DNA from: Pseudomonadota bacterium
Lineage (GTDB): Bacteria > UBA10199 > 2-02-FULL-44-16 > JAAZCA01
DNA: 31,500 nt
Reading direction: 5' to 3'
Assembly (NCBI GenBank): GCA_043822785.1
Contig: JBDRBN010000108.1
Coordinates: 1 to 31,500 of the forward strand
Shown: in pieces, positions 16,412 through 26,302 of the stretch
Layout of the letters: each line of letters opens with the position of its first letter
Numbering within the stretch: position 1 is the stretch's first letter
Notes under the pieces: generated by a model
Seen by the model: only the letters and a program-made list of their open reading frames with translations
Told to the model about the DNA's origin: nothing
The model's database searches: none
Position numbers and translations under genes: made by a program

Positions 16412-17425
16412 TCAAGGCAACTCCAACTCCCTCAAAAACTGTGCTGACACCTCAGGTGCTGTTGGATTGATGTAAAAGCCCGAGCCGCGCTCAAATCCTG
16501 CCACACGACTTATACGCGGCGTGATCTCGATGTGCCAATGGTAATGCTGAAGTTCCGACTCGTTGACCGGAGACGTGTGCAACATAAAATTATATGGCGG
16601 ATCTTTTAGCGCAGCATTTAATTTTTTGAGCGTGCGCTGAAAGAGCGCTGTGAGATTTTTAATTTCGTGTTTGGTTGCATTCTCATAATGTGAGCCGTGT
16701 TTTTTTGGCAGAATCCAGGTTTCAAATGGAAAACGAGGTGCATAGGGACAAATTGCCAAAAAATCTTCGTTCTCAGTCACCACCCTCTTCTGCTCTTCTA
16801 TCTCCTGGCTCACCAAGTCGCAGAACAGGCAGCGCTCCTTATAATCGTAATAATTTTTTGTTCCATACATCTCTTCAGCCACAGCCTTAGGAACGATGGG
16901 CAATGCAATGAGTTGCGAATGTGTATGCTCAAGGCTTGCGCCTGCGCGCAGTCCTCGATTTTTGAAAACAAGGATGTAGCGAAAGCGCTTGTCCTTCTTA
17001 AGATCCATTATGCGGTCGCGATATGCCCAAAGCACATCCTGAAACCTGTCTTCAGGAAGATCAACTATGTTGGTAGCATGTTCGGGCGTCTCCACAATCA
17101 CCTCATGAGCTCCGATGCCGTTCATCATGTCGTAAATGCCATCCCCGCGCCTTCCGATTTCGCCTTCAATCATAAGAGCCGGAAACTTGTTGGGAAAAGC
17201 CCTGAGCGTCCAACCCCTGGTGTTGGGCTGTGTTCCCTCTTGGCGATAGCAAAGCACTTCGCTGGGCGTACTCTGTTCATTGCCTTCGCAGAATGGACAA
17301 AACTTTGGTTTCGCATCACTGCTTGTCTCAGATTCTGGTTTTACCAGATCAGTTGGGCGCTTTGAGCGTTCAGTCGATATTATCACCCATCGGCTCACAA
17401 CAGGATCTTTACGAAGCTCAGGCAT
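16412..17425 (-). CDS. galT: GalT-family hexose-1-phosphate nucleotidylyltransferase
   Basis: ELRKDP..RWVI...R.KRP, CPFCEGNE, GAHEVIVE, GASLEHTHSQ, HWHIE, GFERGSG. Confidence 0.85.
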   Translation of the reverse strand: MPELRKDPVVSRWVIISTERSKRPTDLVKPESETSSDAKPKFCPFCEGNEQSTPSEVLCYRQEGTQPNTRGWTLRAFPNKFPALMIEGEIGRRGDGIYDMMNGIGAHEVIVETPEHATNIVDLPEDRFQDVLWAYRDRIMDLKKDKRFRYILVFKNRGLRAGASLEHTHSQLIALPIVPKAVAEEMYGTKNYYDYKERCLFCDLVSQEIEEQKRVVTENEDFLAICPYAPRFPFETWILPKKHGSHYENATKHEIKNLTALFQRTLKKLNAALKDPPYNFMLHTSPVNESELQHYHWHIEITPRISRVAGFERGSGFYINPTAPEVSAQFLRELELP

Positions 17426-17434
17426 ATTATCTCC

Positions 17435-19594
17435 TTATACGTACCACATCCGCAGTTCATAGTTATCGTTTGGCACTATAAAATGAATGTGCGAAAAACG
17501 TCTGACCTCAATTCCATGGCGACAAAGTGAAATCGTAAGCGTAACCTCATCGCCAACTTTAAGTCCGAGTGATTGAAATTCAAAATCTAGTTCAAGAACT
17601 TCACCAACGCCAAACCGTACGCCGTGCGGCTCGGATTTGCCTCCTTTATCTGTAACCGCCTCAAGCATGAGTCTGCCTTCTTTCATTGAAAGACAAAACT
17701 TAGCGCGGTTTCCATTGTTATGGACTGCTATGTTTAGCAAATCATCAGCACCTATTAAAAAGCCGCCTGACCTATCTACAGGATCTACCCGCAGAAAGAA
17801 AGAACGCTCGTTAAACCCAAATGATATTGTTTCAAACGGATCGCTGGAAGCTTGAGCCATGGCCCCACTTGTGCGACCATGAACGCTTATATGGCTCGCA
17901 TTGCCCCATTCAAAAAACGATGATTGTGTACCATCTATCGCAGGATAGATAAATCCTGGGGGCTCGATTAACGAATCCTCTTCCTCAAAGCGATATATGG
18001 GTTCGAAGAGAAAAAGCGGCACGTCTTTTCCCAAAAGGGAAAATGTATTCTTAAGGTGTGTGCGGAATATTCTGTCAAAATCACCTTTAAAGGCCGAGTC
18101 AAAGTCGTCATCATACCACCAAAACCAATCGCTGCCGCATGCTGCGCATAGCGACTCAAACGCTTTGTGCACATTAGGCTCACTCTCGACTGCGGTGTTA
18201 GTAAACACCCCTTCAGTCTCACCCAGCGTGCGTTTAATATAATCCCACGCCTGATTCTTTTGAGTTTTTCCAATCCAGATATTAAAATTAGCATCTATCC
18301 AAGAACCAGAGTGAAGGTGGAGGACTTCCTCTTGGGGTGGATGTGTTTCAACATAATCCCCAATTCTCGTTGTGGAAATACCTTCGCGCTCGATCGCAGT
18401 GAAAAGCGCATTTAAGAATTCTTTGCCCGCATCCGGATAGAACTCCCAAGGATTTTCTCCGTCGAGCACAATGGTTATCAAGCAAGGTTTATCCTTTGCA
18501 GCTTTGTCTATATGCCTTATGCGAGATATAAAATCTTCCGCAGCCTTTTCCGCAGGCATCTTGCAATATGTAAAGCTGATAAGGTCGGAAAGTATATGAT
18601 CTCTGAATACGATGTCCACGCCCGCGTTTTCATAAAGCACCCTAAAAGGCTGATATCGATTTGTTGCCTTTAGTTTTTCTGTCAGCGAAAGCTCAAGCAC
18701 CCTCTCATCAGATGCGATCCATTTAACGCCTGCATCATGGAGCAATGGAATGATTTCTGGACTCACTCCACCTTCAGCTGGCCACATGCCTTTGGGTCGC
18801 CTGCCCGTCCATCTCTCCATAGCATCGAGCGCCCTTTTTACTTGTGCCCTTGCTATCTCTGGCGCTCGAAACCTGGGCGGAAGCTTAGTCTTTGGATTAG
18901 CGCGCTTTGCAATGTCGGTATCTATGAGAAGAGGAAGCATGGGATGAAAAAAAGGCGTTGTGCAAATTTCAACGTTTTCGGATTCGCAAGCAGCGCTGAT
19001 CTCTTTTAACAAATTGCCAAGCACTTTTCGCTGGGTATCGACCACAAAAAGCTTCTGATCTTCTGTGAAGTGCCCACCATATGAAAGCATCTCTGTAAGC
19101 TCTGGAATCTCCTCCCTGGATGCAAATCCAAACCAAATGAGATTGTAATAAACTTGAAGGTTTAAATATTCTTGCGTGGAAAAAAATCTCACAGCCTGGT
19201 TGTAATCGATATTTGCGCCGCCCTGCCCCAGCCTTGCTCTAAGTTTTTGATATGGACCGTATGGCTCGATCTTTCGCTCGGTATTTGCCATAAAGAAGTG
19301 ACGTAACAAAAAAACTTTTTGTTGAATGGTAAGCTCCGTTGCAGGTACTAGTGTGTGATCCAAAAAGGCATCTGATTTTCCCTCTTCGGTATATGCCAAA
19401 AGCTGTTCGATGAGTGATGGAACAAAGTTTATAGTGCCTTTAACGTTTGGAAATTTTCGATAAAGGCGCAGCATATCAAAGTATGAATGCGTACCATGAA
19501 GGCGCACCCACGGCATAGAGCTTTCACCGGTCACCATGTCCCTGTAATAGGGTTGATGCATGTGCCACAAAAATGCGATAGAAGTGTTTTTCAT
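17435..19594 (-). CDS. Glycoside hydrolase family 57 (amylopullulanase-like)
   Basis: FLWHMHQPYY, HPMLPLL, GMWPAEG, LDGENPWE, GSWI, SDWFWWY. Confidence 0.92.
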   Translation of the reverse strand: MKNTSIAFLWHMHQPYYRDMVTGESSMPWVRLHGTHSYFDMLRLYRKFPNVKGTINFVPSLIEQLLAYTEEGKSDAFLDHTLVPATELTIQQKVFLLRHFFMANTERKIEPYGPYQKLRARLGQGGANIDYNQAVRFFSTQEYLNLQVYYNLIWFGFASREEIPELTEMLSYGGHFTEDQKLFVVDTQRKVLGNLLKEISAACESENVEICTTPFFHPMLPLLIDTDIAKRANPKTKLPPRFRAPEIARAQVKRALDAMERWTGRRPKGMWPAEGGVSPEIIPLLHDAGVKWIASDERVLELSLTEKLKATNRYQPFRVLYENAGVDIVFRDHILSDLISFTYCKMPAEKAAEDFISRIRHIDKAAKDKPCLITIVLDGENPWEFYPDAGKEFLNALFTAIEREGISTTRIGDYVETHPPQEEVLHLHSGSWIDANFNIWIGKTQKNQAWDYIKRTLGETEGVFTNTAVESEPNVHKAFESLCAACGSDWFWWYDDDFDSAFKGDFDRIFRTHLKNTFSLLGKDVPLFLFEPIYRFEEEDSLIEPPGFIYPAIDGTQSSFFEWGNASHISVHGRTSGAMAQASSDPFETISFGFNERSFFLRVDPVDRSGGFLIGADDLLNIAVHNNGNRAKFCLSMKEGRLMLEAVTDKGGKSEPHGVRFGVGEVLELDFEFQSLGLKVGDEVTLTISLCRHGIEVRRFSHIHFIVPNDNYELRMWYV

Positions 19595-19610
19595 ATAGGT
19601 GAATTATCCT

Positions 19611-20837
19611 TCAGACTTTGGTGCCCTTTGGCACAACAACTATGCCTTCAGGAGACACATAAAATCTCTTCTTGTCCTCTTCCAGGTCATAGCCAATTGT
19701 TGTTTCTGGTAATATCACTGCGTCCTTGTCTATGATAGCCTTGCGTATCTTTGCGTGGCGGCCTATGTTGACGCATTCGAATACGATCGACTCCTCTATA
19801 TCGGCAAAACTGTTTGCACGCACACAAGGCGAAAGTATGGAACGATTGATCCTTGCTCCAGATACGATTACGCCATCGCATACAAGGGAATCGGTAGCCT
19901 TTCCTACCCTTTTGCTCTTTTCATCTGCGAACACGAACTTGGCCGGTGGATTAGGATCATGCGCAGTTTTGATGGGCCAACTCGTGTTGTACAGGTTAAA
20001 AACAGGACTTACAGACACAAGATCCATAGATGCCTTCCAATAAGCATCTATTGTTCCAATATCTCGCCAATAGCCACGTTCATACTCTGTTTGTCCTGGC
20101 ACTGGATTTTCCATGAAGTTATAAGCCATTATTTTTTTTGTGTCATAAATTGCGGGAATGATATCCCGACCAAAATCGTGCGTAGAACTTGTATTTTTTG
20201 CATCATCTATAACGCATTCTTCTAAAACGTTTGCATTAAATACGTATATGCCCATCGAACACAATGACTTTGATGAATCGCCTGGCATGGGCGCAGGATC
20301 AGAGGGCTTTTCTTTAAAATCAACAACTCTCCAGTTATCATCTGTTCTGATTACTCCAAAGTCAGATGCCTGCTGGCTCTCGAAGGGTATGACTGCAACA
20401 GTAGCATCAGCACCTGTATTTTTATGAAACTCCAAGAGATGGCGAACGTTCATGCGGTAGATGTGGTCCCCTCCAAAGATACAGACGGTGTCAGCATTGG
20501 CATTGCGTATATGATGAAAGTTTTGAAATACAGCGTCAGCGTTACCCTTATACCAATGATTACCCATTCTCATCTGCGCAGGCACAGCATCGATAAATTG
20601 ATCGAGAAGAGGGGGCAAATACCATCCCTTTTTAAGATGACGAAGAAGGGAATCAGACTTAAATTGAGTTAGTACGTGAATGCGAAACAGCCCGGAATTG
20701 GTGATATTTGAGAGAACAAAGTCGATTATACGATAGTGCCCCCCAAAAGGCACTGCAGGTTTTGCCCGATCGTTTGTAAGGGGTCTTAGCCTTTCGCCCT
20801 GCCCTCCAGCTAGCACTATGGAAATGGCCGATTTCAT
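19611..20837 (-). CDS. glgC: Glucose-1-phosphate adenylyltransferase
   Basis: LAGGQGERL, AKPAVPFGG.YRIIDF, GDHIYRM, FKEKP, SMGIYVF, YWRDIGT. Confidence 0.97.
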   Translation of the reverse strand: MKSAISIVLAGGQGERLRPLTNDRAKPAVPFGGHYRIIDFVLSNITNSGLFRIHVLTQFKSDSLLRHLKKGWYLPPLLDQFIDAVPAQMRMGNHWYKGNADAVFQNFHHIRNANADTVCIFGGDHIYRMNVRHLLEFHKNTGADATVAVIPFESQQASDFGVIRTDDNWRVVDFKEKPSDPAPMPGDSSKSLCSMGIYVFNANVLEECVIDDAKNTSSTHDFGRDIIPAIYDTKKIMAYNFMENPVPGQTEYERGYWRDIGTIDAYWKASMDLVSVSPVFNLYNTSWPIKTAHDPNPPAKFVFADEKSKRVGKATDSLVCDGVIVSGARINRSILSPCVRANSFADIEESIVFECVNIGRHAKIRKAIIDKDAVILPETTIGYDLEEDKKRFYVSPEGIVVVPKGTKV

Positions 20838-20929
20838 GACGCATTAATAAAGAACGTGTTTGCCAGATGCAACATGTTTTCAAGTAATTGCTCCGTAATG
20901 CCTTGGGTATTTTATTGATATTATTGACG

Positions 20930-20975
20930 TTTCTATGTGTATAACGTCATACTTTCTATGTGTATAGCGTCATAC
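20930..20975. repeat. Tandem 23-bp direct repeat in a divergent promoter region
   Basis: TTTCTATGTGTATAACGTCATAC followed by TTTCTATGTGTATAGCGTCATAC (1 mismatch). Confidence 0.9.
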
Positions 20976-21156
20976 AATAACACTTGCATAGGGTATAAAA
21001 AAGGAGTTGAATTTCTAAAATACCACGCAACATCCTGCGAATAGCGCCGATCACATACATGGCAATCAAATTGATCTACATTTCATAAAATTGAAGTGCT
21101 CATCTTATAGTTACAAACATGCATCATTCGGACGGTGATGAGGGAGGGATAACAGC

Positions 21157-22488
21157 ATGGTAGGAGCTTTAGCAGTGATGATAGGCCTTGGCCTCTTAGC
21201 CTATGGCTGCTCTGACGATTCCAAGAATGGCCCCAACGATACCAACGATGCTGGCACTGGTGGAACCGGAGGTTCTGCAGGCACGAGTGGAACTGGAGGA
21301 TCTGGAGGCGCTGATGCAGGAGCTGGCGGCGTCGGCGGAGCTGGTGGTGGAAATCCTTGGGATCGCGAAGGCTTTAACGGCAAGTTTCACACCTGCTTTT
21401 ACAATAGCGATGGGGACTGTCCTGTGGTCGACTTGGATTTGGACGGAAATCAGATGCATCTCATGACTGGTTATCCCATCAACCGCAAGGGCAAGATCAA
21501 TCTCGATCAGACCGAGCCCATGACATCTGTTGATGCAAATTTTGGCTTTGGTACCCAAAATTTCATCGGTCACGATGTAGAAGGATACGGACTTGTACAT
21601 CCACCGCAGCTCGTTAAACTCTCCAATGGAAACTTCCTGGTCCCGTTTAGCGAGGATATGGCTTGGAAAAGTGGCATCGCGCTCATAGACCAAACTGGCT
21701 ACGTACCTAGATGGGTCCTCGATCCCAAATTCGGTGTCGATCCTATAGGCATACTGGCAGGTTTGGATAAAGATGGTAGGATTTATCTGTCAGTTACTGA
21801 TAGAACAACAGAGGATGGAAAAATCATGTCTTATGGCATCAAGCCAAACGGCGATCTGAACGAGGCAGATGCATCCACACCCATATCTACTTCTGGCAAA
21901 AAACCTTCTACCATTGCGGATCTAGGCAATGGCAGGATGGCCGTACTAAACACCAAAGGCCTTTTTGGGGCTTCCATAGATATTATAGATACCGTCCAAG
22001 GGGTGGTCATCAACAACACATCCCTCGGACCGAATGTAGAGGCAGTTCCGCTCTATGAGCTATCCCTTACAGCTGATAAGAAATATGCCATTGTAGCAGG
22101 CGGCGAACAAGGCGAGCGCACAACTATCTACATAGTAAATTTAGAAACAGCAACATTGGAAAGTTCTTTGGATCTTAAAGATATGTCGTATTGCGAAGAG
22201 ATACGCGGAATCGATATTGATGAAAATATGAATGCTTATATCAGTACAGTGGGCGGCACTGATGGTGACGAAGTGCTCATCATCGATTTTACAACGCCTG
22301 AAAAGGTTAAACGCAAAGGAGCTGTTTTTGTTGGATACGACCTTGGCGCAATAGCTGTTCATGAGTCAGGCATAGTATATGTAGTTGCCACAGACAGATA
22401 CTGGGAAGCAGAAGGCACTGCAGAAACCAATGGGATGAAGAGATGGTCGCACATTGTGGCGTTTGATCCATTGCAAGTAACAAACTAA
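21157..22488 (+). CDS. Lipoprotein with Gly/Thr/Ala linker and probable beta-propeller domain (paralog 1)
   Basis: Lipobox-like AYGC, DAGTGGTGG linker, repeated blade-like segments (IDIIDT, IYIVNL, VLIIDF). Confidence 0.8.
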   Translation: MVGALAVMIGLGLLAYGCSDDSKNGPNDTNDAGTGGTGGSAGTSGTGGSGGADAGAGGVGGAGGGNPWDREGFNGKFHTCFYNSDGDCPVVDLDLDGNQMHLMTGYPINRKGKINLDQTEPMTSVDANFGFGTQNFIGHDVEGYGLVHPPQLVKLSNGNFLVPFSEDMAWKSGIALIDQTGYVPRWVLDPKFGVDPIGILAGLDKDGRIYLSVTDRTTEDGKIMSYGIKPNGDLNEADASTPISTSGKKPSTIADLGNGRMAVLNTKGLFGASIDIIDTVQGVVINNTSLGPNVEAVPLYELSLTADKKYAIVAGGEQGERTTIYIVNLETATLESSLDLKDMSYCEEIRGIDIDENMNAYISTVGGTDGDEVLIIDFTTPEKVKRKGAVFVGYDLGAIAVHESGIVYVVATDRYWEAEGTAETNGMKRWSHIVAFDPLQVTN

Positions 22489-22519
22489 CAAGAGATCACC
22501 CAAAGGGAGGTGTTAGAGC

Positions 22520-23878
22520 ATGATAGGAGCACTAGCAGTGATAGTAGGTCTTGGCCTCTTAGCCCTTGGCTGTGACGATGAATTCTCAAGCGGAAATGAA
22601 GATGCCGGCACCGGCGGAACCGGAGGCACGGCTGGCACAGGCGGCACAGGAGCTACGTCTGGCTCAGGAGGTGCGGGCGGCGCAGGAGGCACAGGAGGCG
22701 CTGGCGGCATACCAGAGCATGATGGGTTTAATGACAATTATTATACATGCTCTTACAGCGGAGATTGCAAGGTGCTCGACTTGGATATCAACCAGAACAA
22801 GATGCACCTCATGACCGGCTACCCGACTAACCGCAAAGGCTTAATCAACATCGACTCCAATGACGCCATGACATCTGCCAGCGCTAGCTTTGGGACGGGC
22901 GATCAGTATTTCATAGGCGAACATGTTGATGGACTTGGACACATACATCCAGTACAAGTAACAGAGCTCCAAAACAGCTTCTTCCTAGTACCGTTTGAGG
23001 AAGACCAAGCCTTTATGAGCGGGATCGCGCTGATAGATGATAACGGTGCTTCGAAGAAATGGCTTCTGCAACAAATAAAATACGCACAAGTAGAACCGAT
23101 CTTAGAGATCGATCTTAGCAAGATACAAGCAGGAGTAATTAAAGAGGTGGATGGTGACGACAGGCTATTCTTGATCGCATCCAATAAAGTTACCGATAGC
23201 GGACTGGTGCTTTCTTATGGCATCAAACTAGATGGCTCTTTAGATCAGAATGATCTAAAACTTCCTATATACACGTCCGGCCAAAAGCCCTGTGCGGTTG
23301 AAAGTCTAAGCACAAATGAAATTGCGGTTCTCAATAGCGAAGGCGCAAACGGTGCATCCATCGATATCATAAACACCGAACAGCAAAATCCTGCTCAGGC
23401 TGTGGTCGCCACCATATCGCTGGGCCAAAACGTAAAAGTTGTGCCTCTTTATGAGCTAGCCCTTACCGCTGATAAGAACTATGCCGTAGTAGCCGGAGGC
23501 ACTGGAAGTCAACTCACAACAATATACATAGTGGATATGGTAAATAGACAGGTAGCAGGCTCTATTGATATCTCTCAATATGCAGATGAAGTTCGCGGCA
23601 TCGAGATCAAGGATGACAAGGCTTATATCAGCACAGATAACAGCGCTGGCATAGACAAGGTGTTCATCGTAGACTTCTCCTCACCATCATCACCCACGCT
23701 CGCACAGACGATAGATGTAGGTTATGACCTTGGCGCAATAGCTGTTCATGAATCCGGAGTAGTATTTGTGGCTGCCACTGACAGGTGGTACGAGGCAGAA
23801 GGTACGGCTTCTGAGAGATGGACACACATGGTGGCATTTGATCCAGCACTGGTAGATGTAACTGATGGCGGTACATGA
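22520..23878 (+). CDS. Lipoprotein with Gly/Thr/Ala linker and probable beta-propeller domain (paralog 2)
   Basis: Lipobox-like ALGC. Colinear with paralog 1 (MHLMTGYP.NRKG, VPLYEL.LTADK.YA, VGYDLGAIAVHESG, VAFDP). Confidence 0.8.
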   Translation: MIGALAVIVGLGLLALGCDDEFSSGNEDAGTGGTGGTAGTGGTGATSGSGGAGGAGGTGGAGGIPEHDGFNDNYYTCSYSGDCKVLDLDINQNKMHLMTGYPTNRKGLINIDSNDAMTSASASFGTGDQYFIGEHVDGLGHIHPVQVTELQNSFFLVPFEEDQAFMSGIALIDDNGASKKWLLQQIKYAQVEPILEIDLSKIQAGVIKEVDGDDRLFLIASNKVTDSGLVLSYGIKLDGSLDQNDLKLPIYTSGQKPCAVESLSTNEIAVLNSEGANGASIDIINTEQQNPAQAVVATISLGQNVKVVPLYELALTADKNYAVVAGGTGSQLTTIYIVDMVNRQVAGSIDISQYADEVRGIEIKDDKAYISTDNSAGIDKVFIVDFSSPSSPTLAQTIDVGYDLGAIAVHESGVVFVAATDRWYEAEGTASERWTHMVAFDPALVDVTDGGT

Positions 23879-23902
23879 AAATGACGTGAGATAAATGAAT
23901 AT

Positions 23903-23935
23903 AGCCGGGGCATTGCCAGATGCCCCGGCTTTTTT
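23903..23935 (+). terminator. Intrinsic terminator
   Basis: AGCCGGGGCAT-loop-ATGCCCCGGCT followed by a T-run. Confidence 0.88.
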
Positions 23936-23981
23936 ACACGACAGTTGACTGTTCCTAAAGATATGGAGTAGCAAAGTCCTC

Positions 23982-24848
23982 ATGCAAGAGATCACCCTAA
24001 AGACACCGGCAAAGGTTAACATTTTTCTGCGGGTAATAAGAAAAAGGCCTGATGGGTATCATGATCTTCAAATGGTCATGTTGCCGCTCAGCCTCTATGA
24101 CGAAATACAGCTTAAATTGCGGCCAGCTGGTATTGATATCACCGTAGATGGAATTTCTGATAAAGGCATGGCTGGCGAAAAAAATCTCGCATATCGCGCT
24201 GCAAAAATCATAAGCGAAAAAACAGGCAAAAAATTAGGAGTGCGCATTGAGCTTACAAAGAATATTCCAGTAGCAGCAGGCCTTGGCGGAGGTTCCAGCG
24301 ATGCTGCAGCAGTTCTCAAAGGCTTAAATGAGCTCTGGGAACTTGGTTTAGCTACAGATAAGTTAGCAGAACTCGGTAAAACCCTGGGAGCTGATGTGCC
24401 TTTTTTCTGCCATAATGGGCCAGCATTCGTAGAAGGAATTGGAGATCGGGTAACAGTTTACGATTCATTTCCTAACCTCTCGTTTCTACTAATTAATCCA
24501 GGCTTTTCTGTATCCACGTCATGGATCTATAAACAATGGGATTTGCAGTTGACTCTGCACACCCCAGATGCTAGGGTCCGCCCGCTTTTTCAGGTATTTA
24601 GCGATGTTATCGCATCCCTCCACAACGATCTTGAGCGCGTTACGATTTCGGCACATCCGGAAATCGAAACTATAAAGACCGCTCTTAAAGATGCTGGAGC
24701 AAAAGGCGTGCTCATGTCAGGAAGTGGGCCTACCGTATTTGGCGTCTTCGCTGAAAAAGCTTCAAGGGATGCAGCGCGCGAACATATAAATGATAAGAAA
24801 TGGCGCGTCTTTTCTGCAGAGGGGCTCGCCGCCGAATGTAAATCATAA
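23982..24848 (+). CDS. ispE: 4-diphosphocytidyl-2-C-methyl-D-erythritol kinase
   Basis: PAKVNIFL, DGYH, KNIPVAAGLGGGSSDAA, GADVPFF, MSGSGPTVF. Confidence 0.97.
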   Translation: MQEITLKTPAKVNIFLRVIRKRPDGYHDLQMVMLPLSLYDEIQLKLRPAGIDITVDGISDKGMAGEKNLAYRAAKIISEKTGKKLGVRIELTKNIPVAAGLGGGSSDAAAVLKGLNELWELGLATDKLAELGKTLGADVPFFCHNGPAFVEGIGDRVTVYDSFPNLSFLLINPGFSVSTSWIYKQWDLQLTLHTPDARVRPLFQVFSDVIASLHNDLERVTISAHPEIETIKTALKDAGAKGVLMSGSGPTVFGVFAEKASRDAAREHINDKKWRVFSAEGLAAECKS

Positions 24849-24868
24849 ACATCGGCTTGGGGGAGACG

Positions 24869-25135
24869 ATGGAGATAACAGAAGTTAGAGTGTTTCCAGT
24901 AGAGGAGGAAAGACTTAAAGGCTATGCCACGATCACGTTCGACGCCTGTTTTGTAGTGCGCGACGTAAAGATCATCTCGGGTCCAAAGGGGCTATTTGTG
25001 GCCATGCCTTCCAAAAAGAGAAAGGACGGTACGCACCGCGATACGGCCCACCCCTTAAATAGCCAGATAAGGGGCAAGATAGAAGACAGGGTGCTCAAGG
25101 CGTATCAAGAAGTGATTGCAAAGAGTACTTCTTAG
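24869..25135 (+). CDS. spoVG: SpoVG family nucleic-acid-binding protein
   Basis: MEITEVRV, FVVRDVKII.G.KGLFVAMPSKK.KDG..RD.AHP. Confidence 0.93.
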   Translation: MEITEVRVFPVEEERLKGYATITFDACFVVRDVKIISGPKGLFVAMPSKKRKDGTHRDTAHPLNSQIRGKIEDRVLKAYQEVIAKSTS

Positions 25136-25146
25136 CCATGTTGAGG

Positions 25147-25217
25147 TGGGGCGTCGACAAGCGGTAAGTCACCAGATTTTGGTTCTGGCACCGGAGGTTC
25201 GAATCCTCCCGCCCCAG
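25147..25217 (+). tRNA. tRNA-Gln (UUG); CCA not encoded
   Basis: Acceptor stem TGGGGCG/CGCCCCA, anticodon arm CCAGA-TTTTGGT-TCTGG, T-arm GGAGG-TTCGAAT-CCTCC. Typical ispE-tRNA-Gln-prs context. Confidence 0.95.
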
Positions 25218-25329
25218 CATGATGAGTGTTGTGACGGAGGAAGCGAAGCGACCGTAGGAAACTACAGCCATCATGCCCGCCAACGTATTAGTGGCGGGCA
25301 GAAGTTAACATCCAAACCGATGAGGTATT

Positions 25330-26280
25330 ATGTTTGGCAATAACAACTTAAAGCTATTGAGTGGTAACTCAAACCGCCCGCTCGCCGAGGCGATCGCAGC
25401 TTCGATGAAGAAAAAGCTATCGCCAGCCACAGTCACACGTTTCTCTGATGGCGAAACCTGGGTCGAAATCGAAGACAATGTGCGCGGCGCAGACGTATTC
25501 GTCATCCAATCTACATGCCACCCTGCCAACGAACACCTAATGGAACTGCTAATAATGATCGATGCGCTAAAGCGCGCCAGCGCAGATCGCATTACAGCAG
25601 TGATACCCTATTATGGATATGCCAGGCAGGACAGAAAAGTAAGTCCCCGCACACCTATAAGCTCCAAGCTCGTCGCAGATCTAATTACAGCTGCAGGCGC
25701 GAACCGGGTGCTCACCATGGAGCTGCATGCATCGCAGATCCAAGGCTTTTTCAACATACCGGTCGACCATCTGTTCGCAAAACCTGTTCTGTTGGAATAT
25801 CTCAAAGAACGCTTTTCAAAAGATCGTCTGGTTGTGGTAGCACCCGATGCTGGCGGTGCAGAGAGGTCTCGCTCATTTGCCAAGCTTTTGCATGCGCCCA
25901 TGGCCATGATCGATAAACGGCGCAGAGCGCCCAACGTAAGCGAAGCCATGCACTTGATTGGCGATGTTGAAGGTCTCGATGCAGTCATAGTGGATGATAT
26001 GATCGATACGGGCGGCACCATGGTGGAAGCAGCTGAAATCCTGTTGGCAAACGGCGCATCCAGCGTACATGCCTGTTGTACTCATGCTGTGCTGTCCGGG
26101 CCAGCCATAAGCAGGCTGAGCGAATCCAGGATCGAAGACCTCATCGTAACAGACACAATACCTCTTAGAGAAAATGCTGCTAGCTGCAAGAAGATCCGCA
26201 TACTTTCGGTTGCAAAACTTCTAGGAGAAGCTATTGGCCGCATACATTCTGCGGATTCGGTTTCTTCATTGTTCGTTTAA
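25330..26280 (+). CDS. prs: Ribose-phosphate pyrophosphokinase
   Basis: [31 protein letters not shown]. Confidence 0.98.
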   Translation: MFGNNNLKLLSGNSNRPLAEAIAASMKKKLSPATVTRFSDGETWVEIEDNVRGADVFVIQSTCHPANEHLMELLIMIDALKRASADRITAVIPYYGYARQDRKVSPRTPISSKLVADLITAAGANRVLTMELHASQIQGFFNIPVDHLFAKPVLLEYLKERFSKDRLVVVAPDAGGAERSRSFAKLLHAPMAMIDKRRRAPNVSEAMHLIGDVEGLDAVIVDDMIDTGGTMVEAAEILLANGASSVHACCTHAVLSGPAISRLSESRIEDLIVTDTIPLRENAASCKKIRILSVAKLLGEAIGRIHSADSVSSLFV

Positions 26281-26302
26281 GTAAATTTGAGGAGGAAGGA
26301 AT

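Noticed and set aside
21060..21075. Sigma54-like TGGCAA-N5-TTGA upstream of the lipoproteins (and TGGCAC-N5-TTAA upstream of porC)
   Set aside because: The -12 GC is absent in both; too weak to call.
21250..21350. Gly-rich GGTGG repeats as collagen-like or PE-PGRS domains
   Set aside because: Short low-complexity linker without Gly-X-Y periodicity or a PE domain.
21157..23878. Paralog pair as a diversity-generating retroelement target
   Set aside because: No reverse transcriptase, and no adenine-specific TR/VR pair visible.
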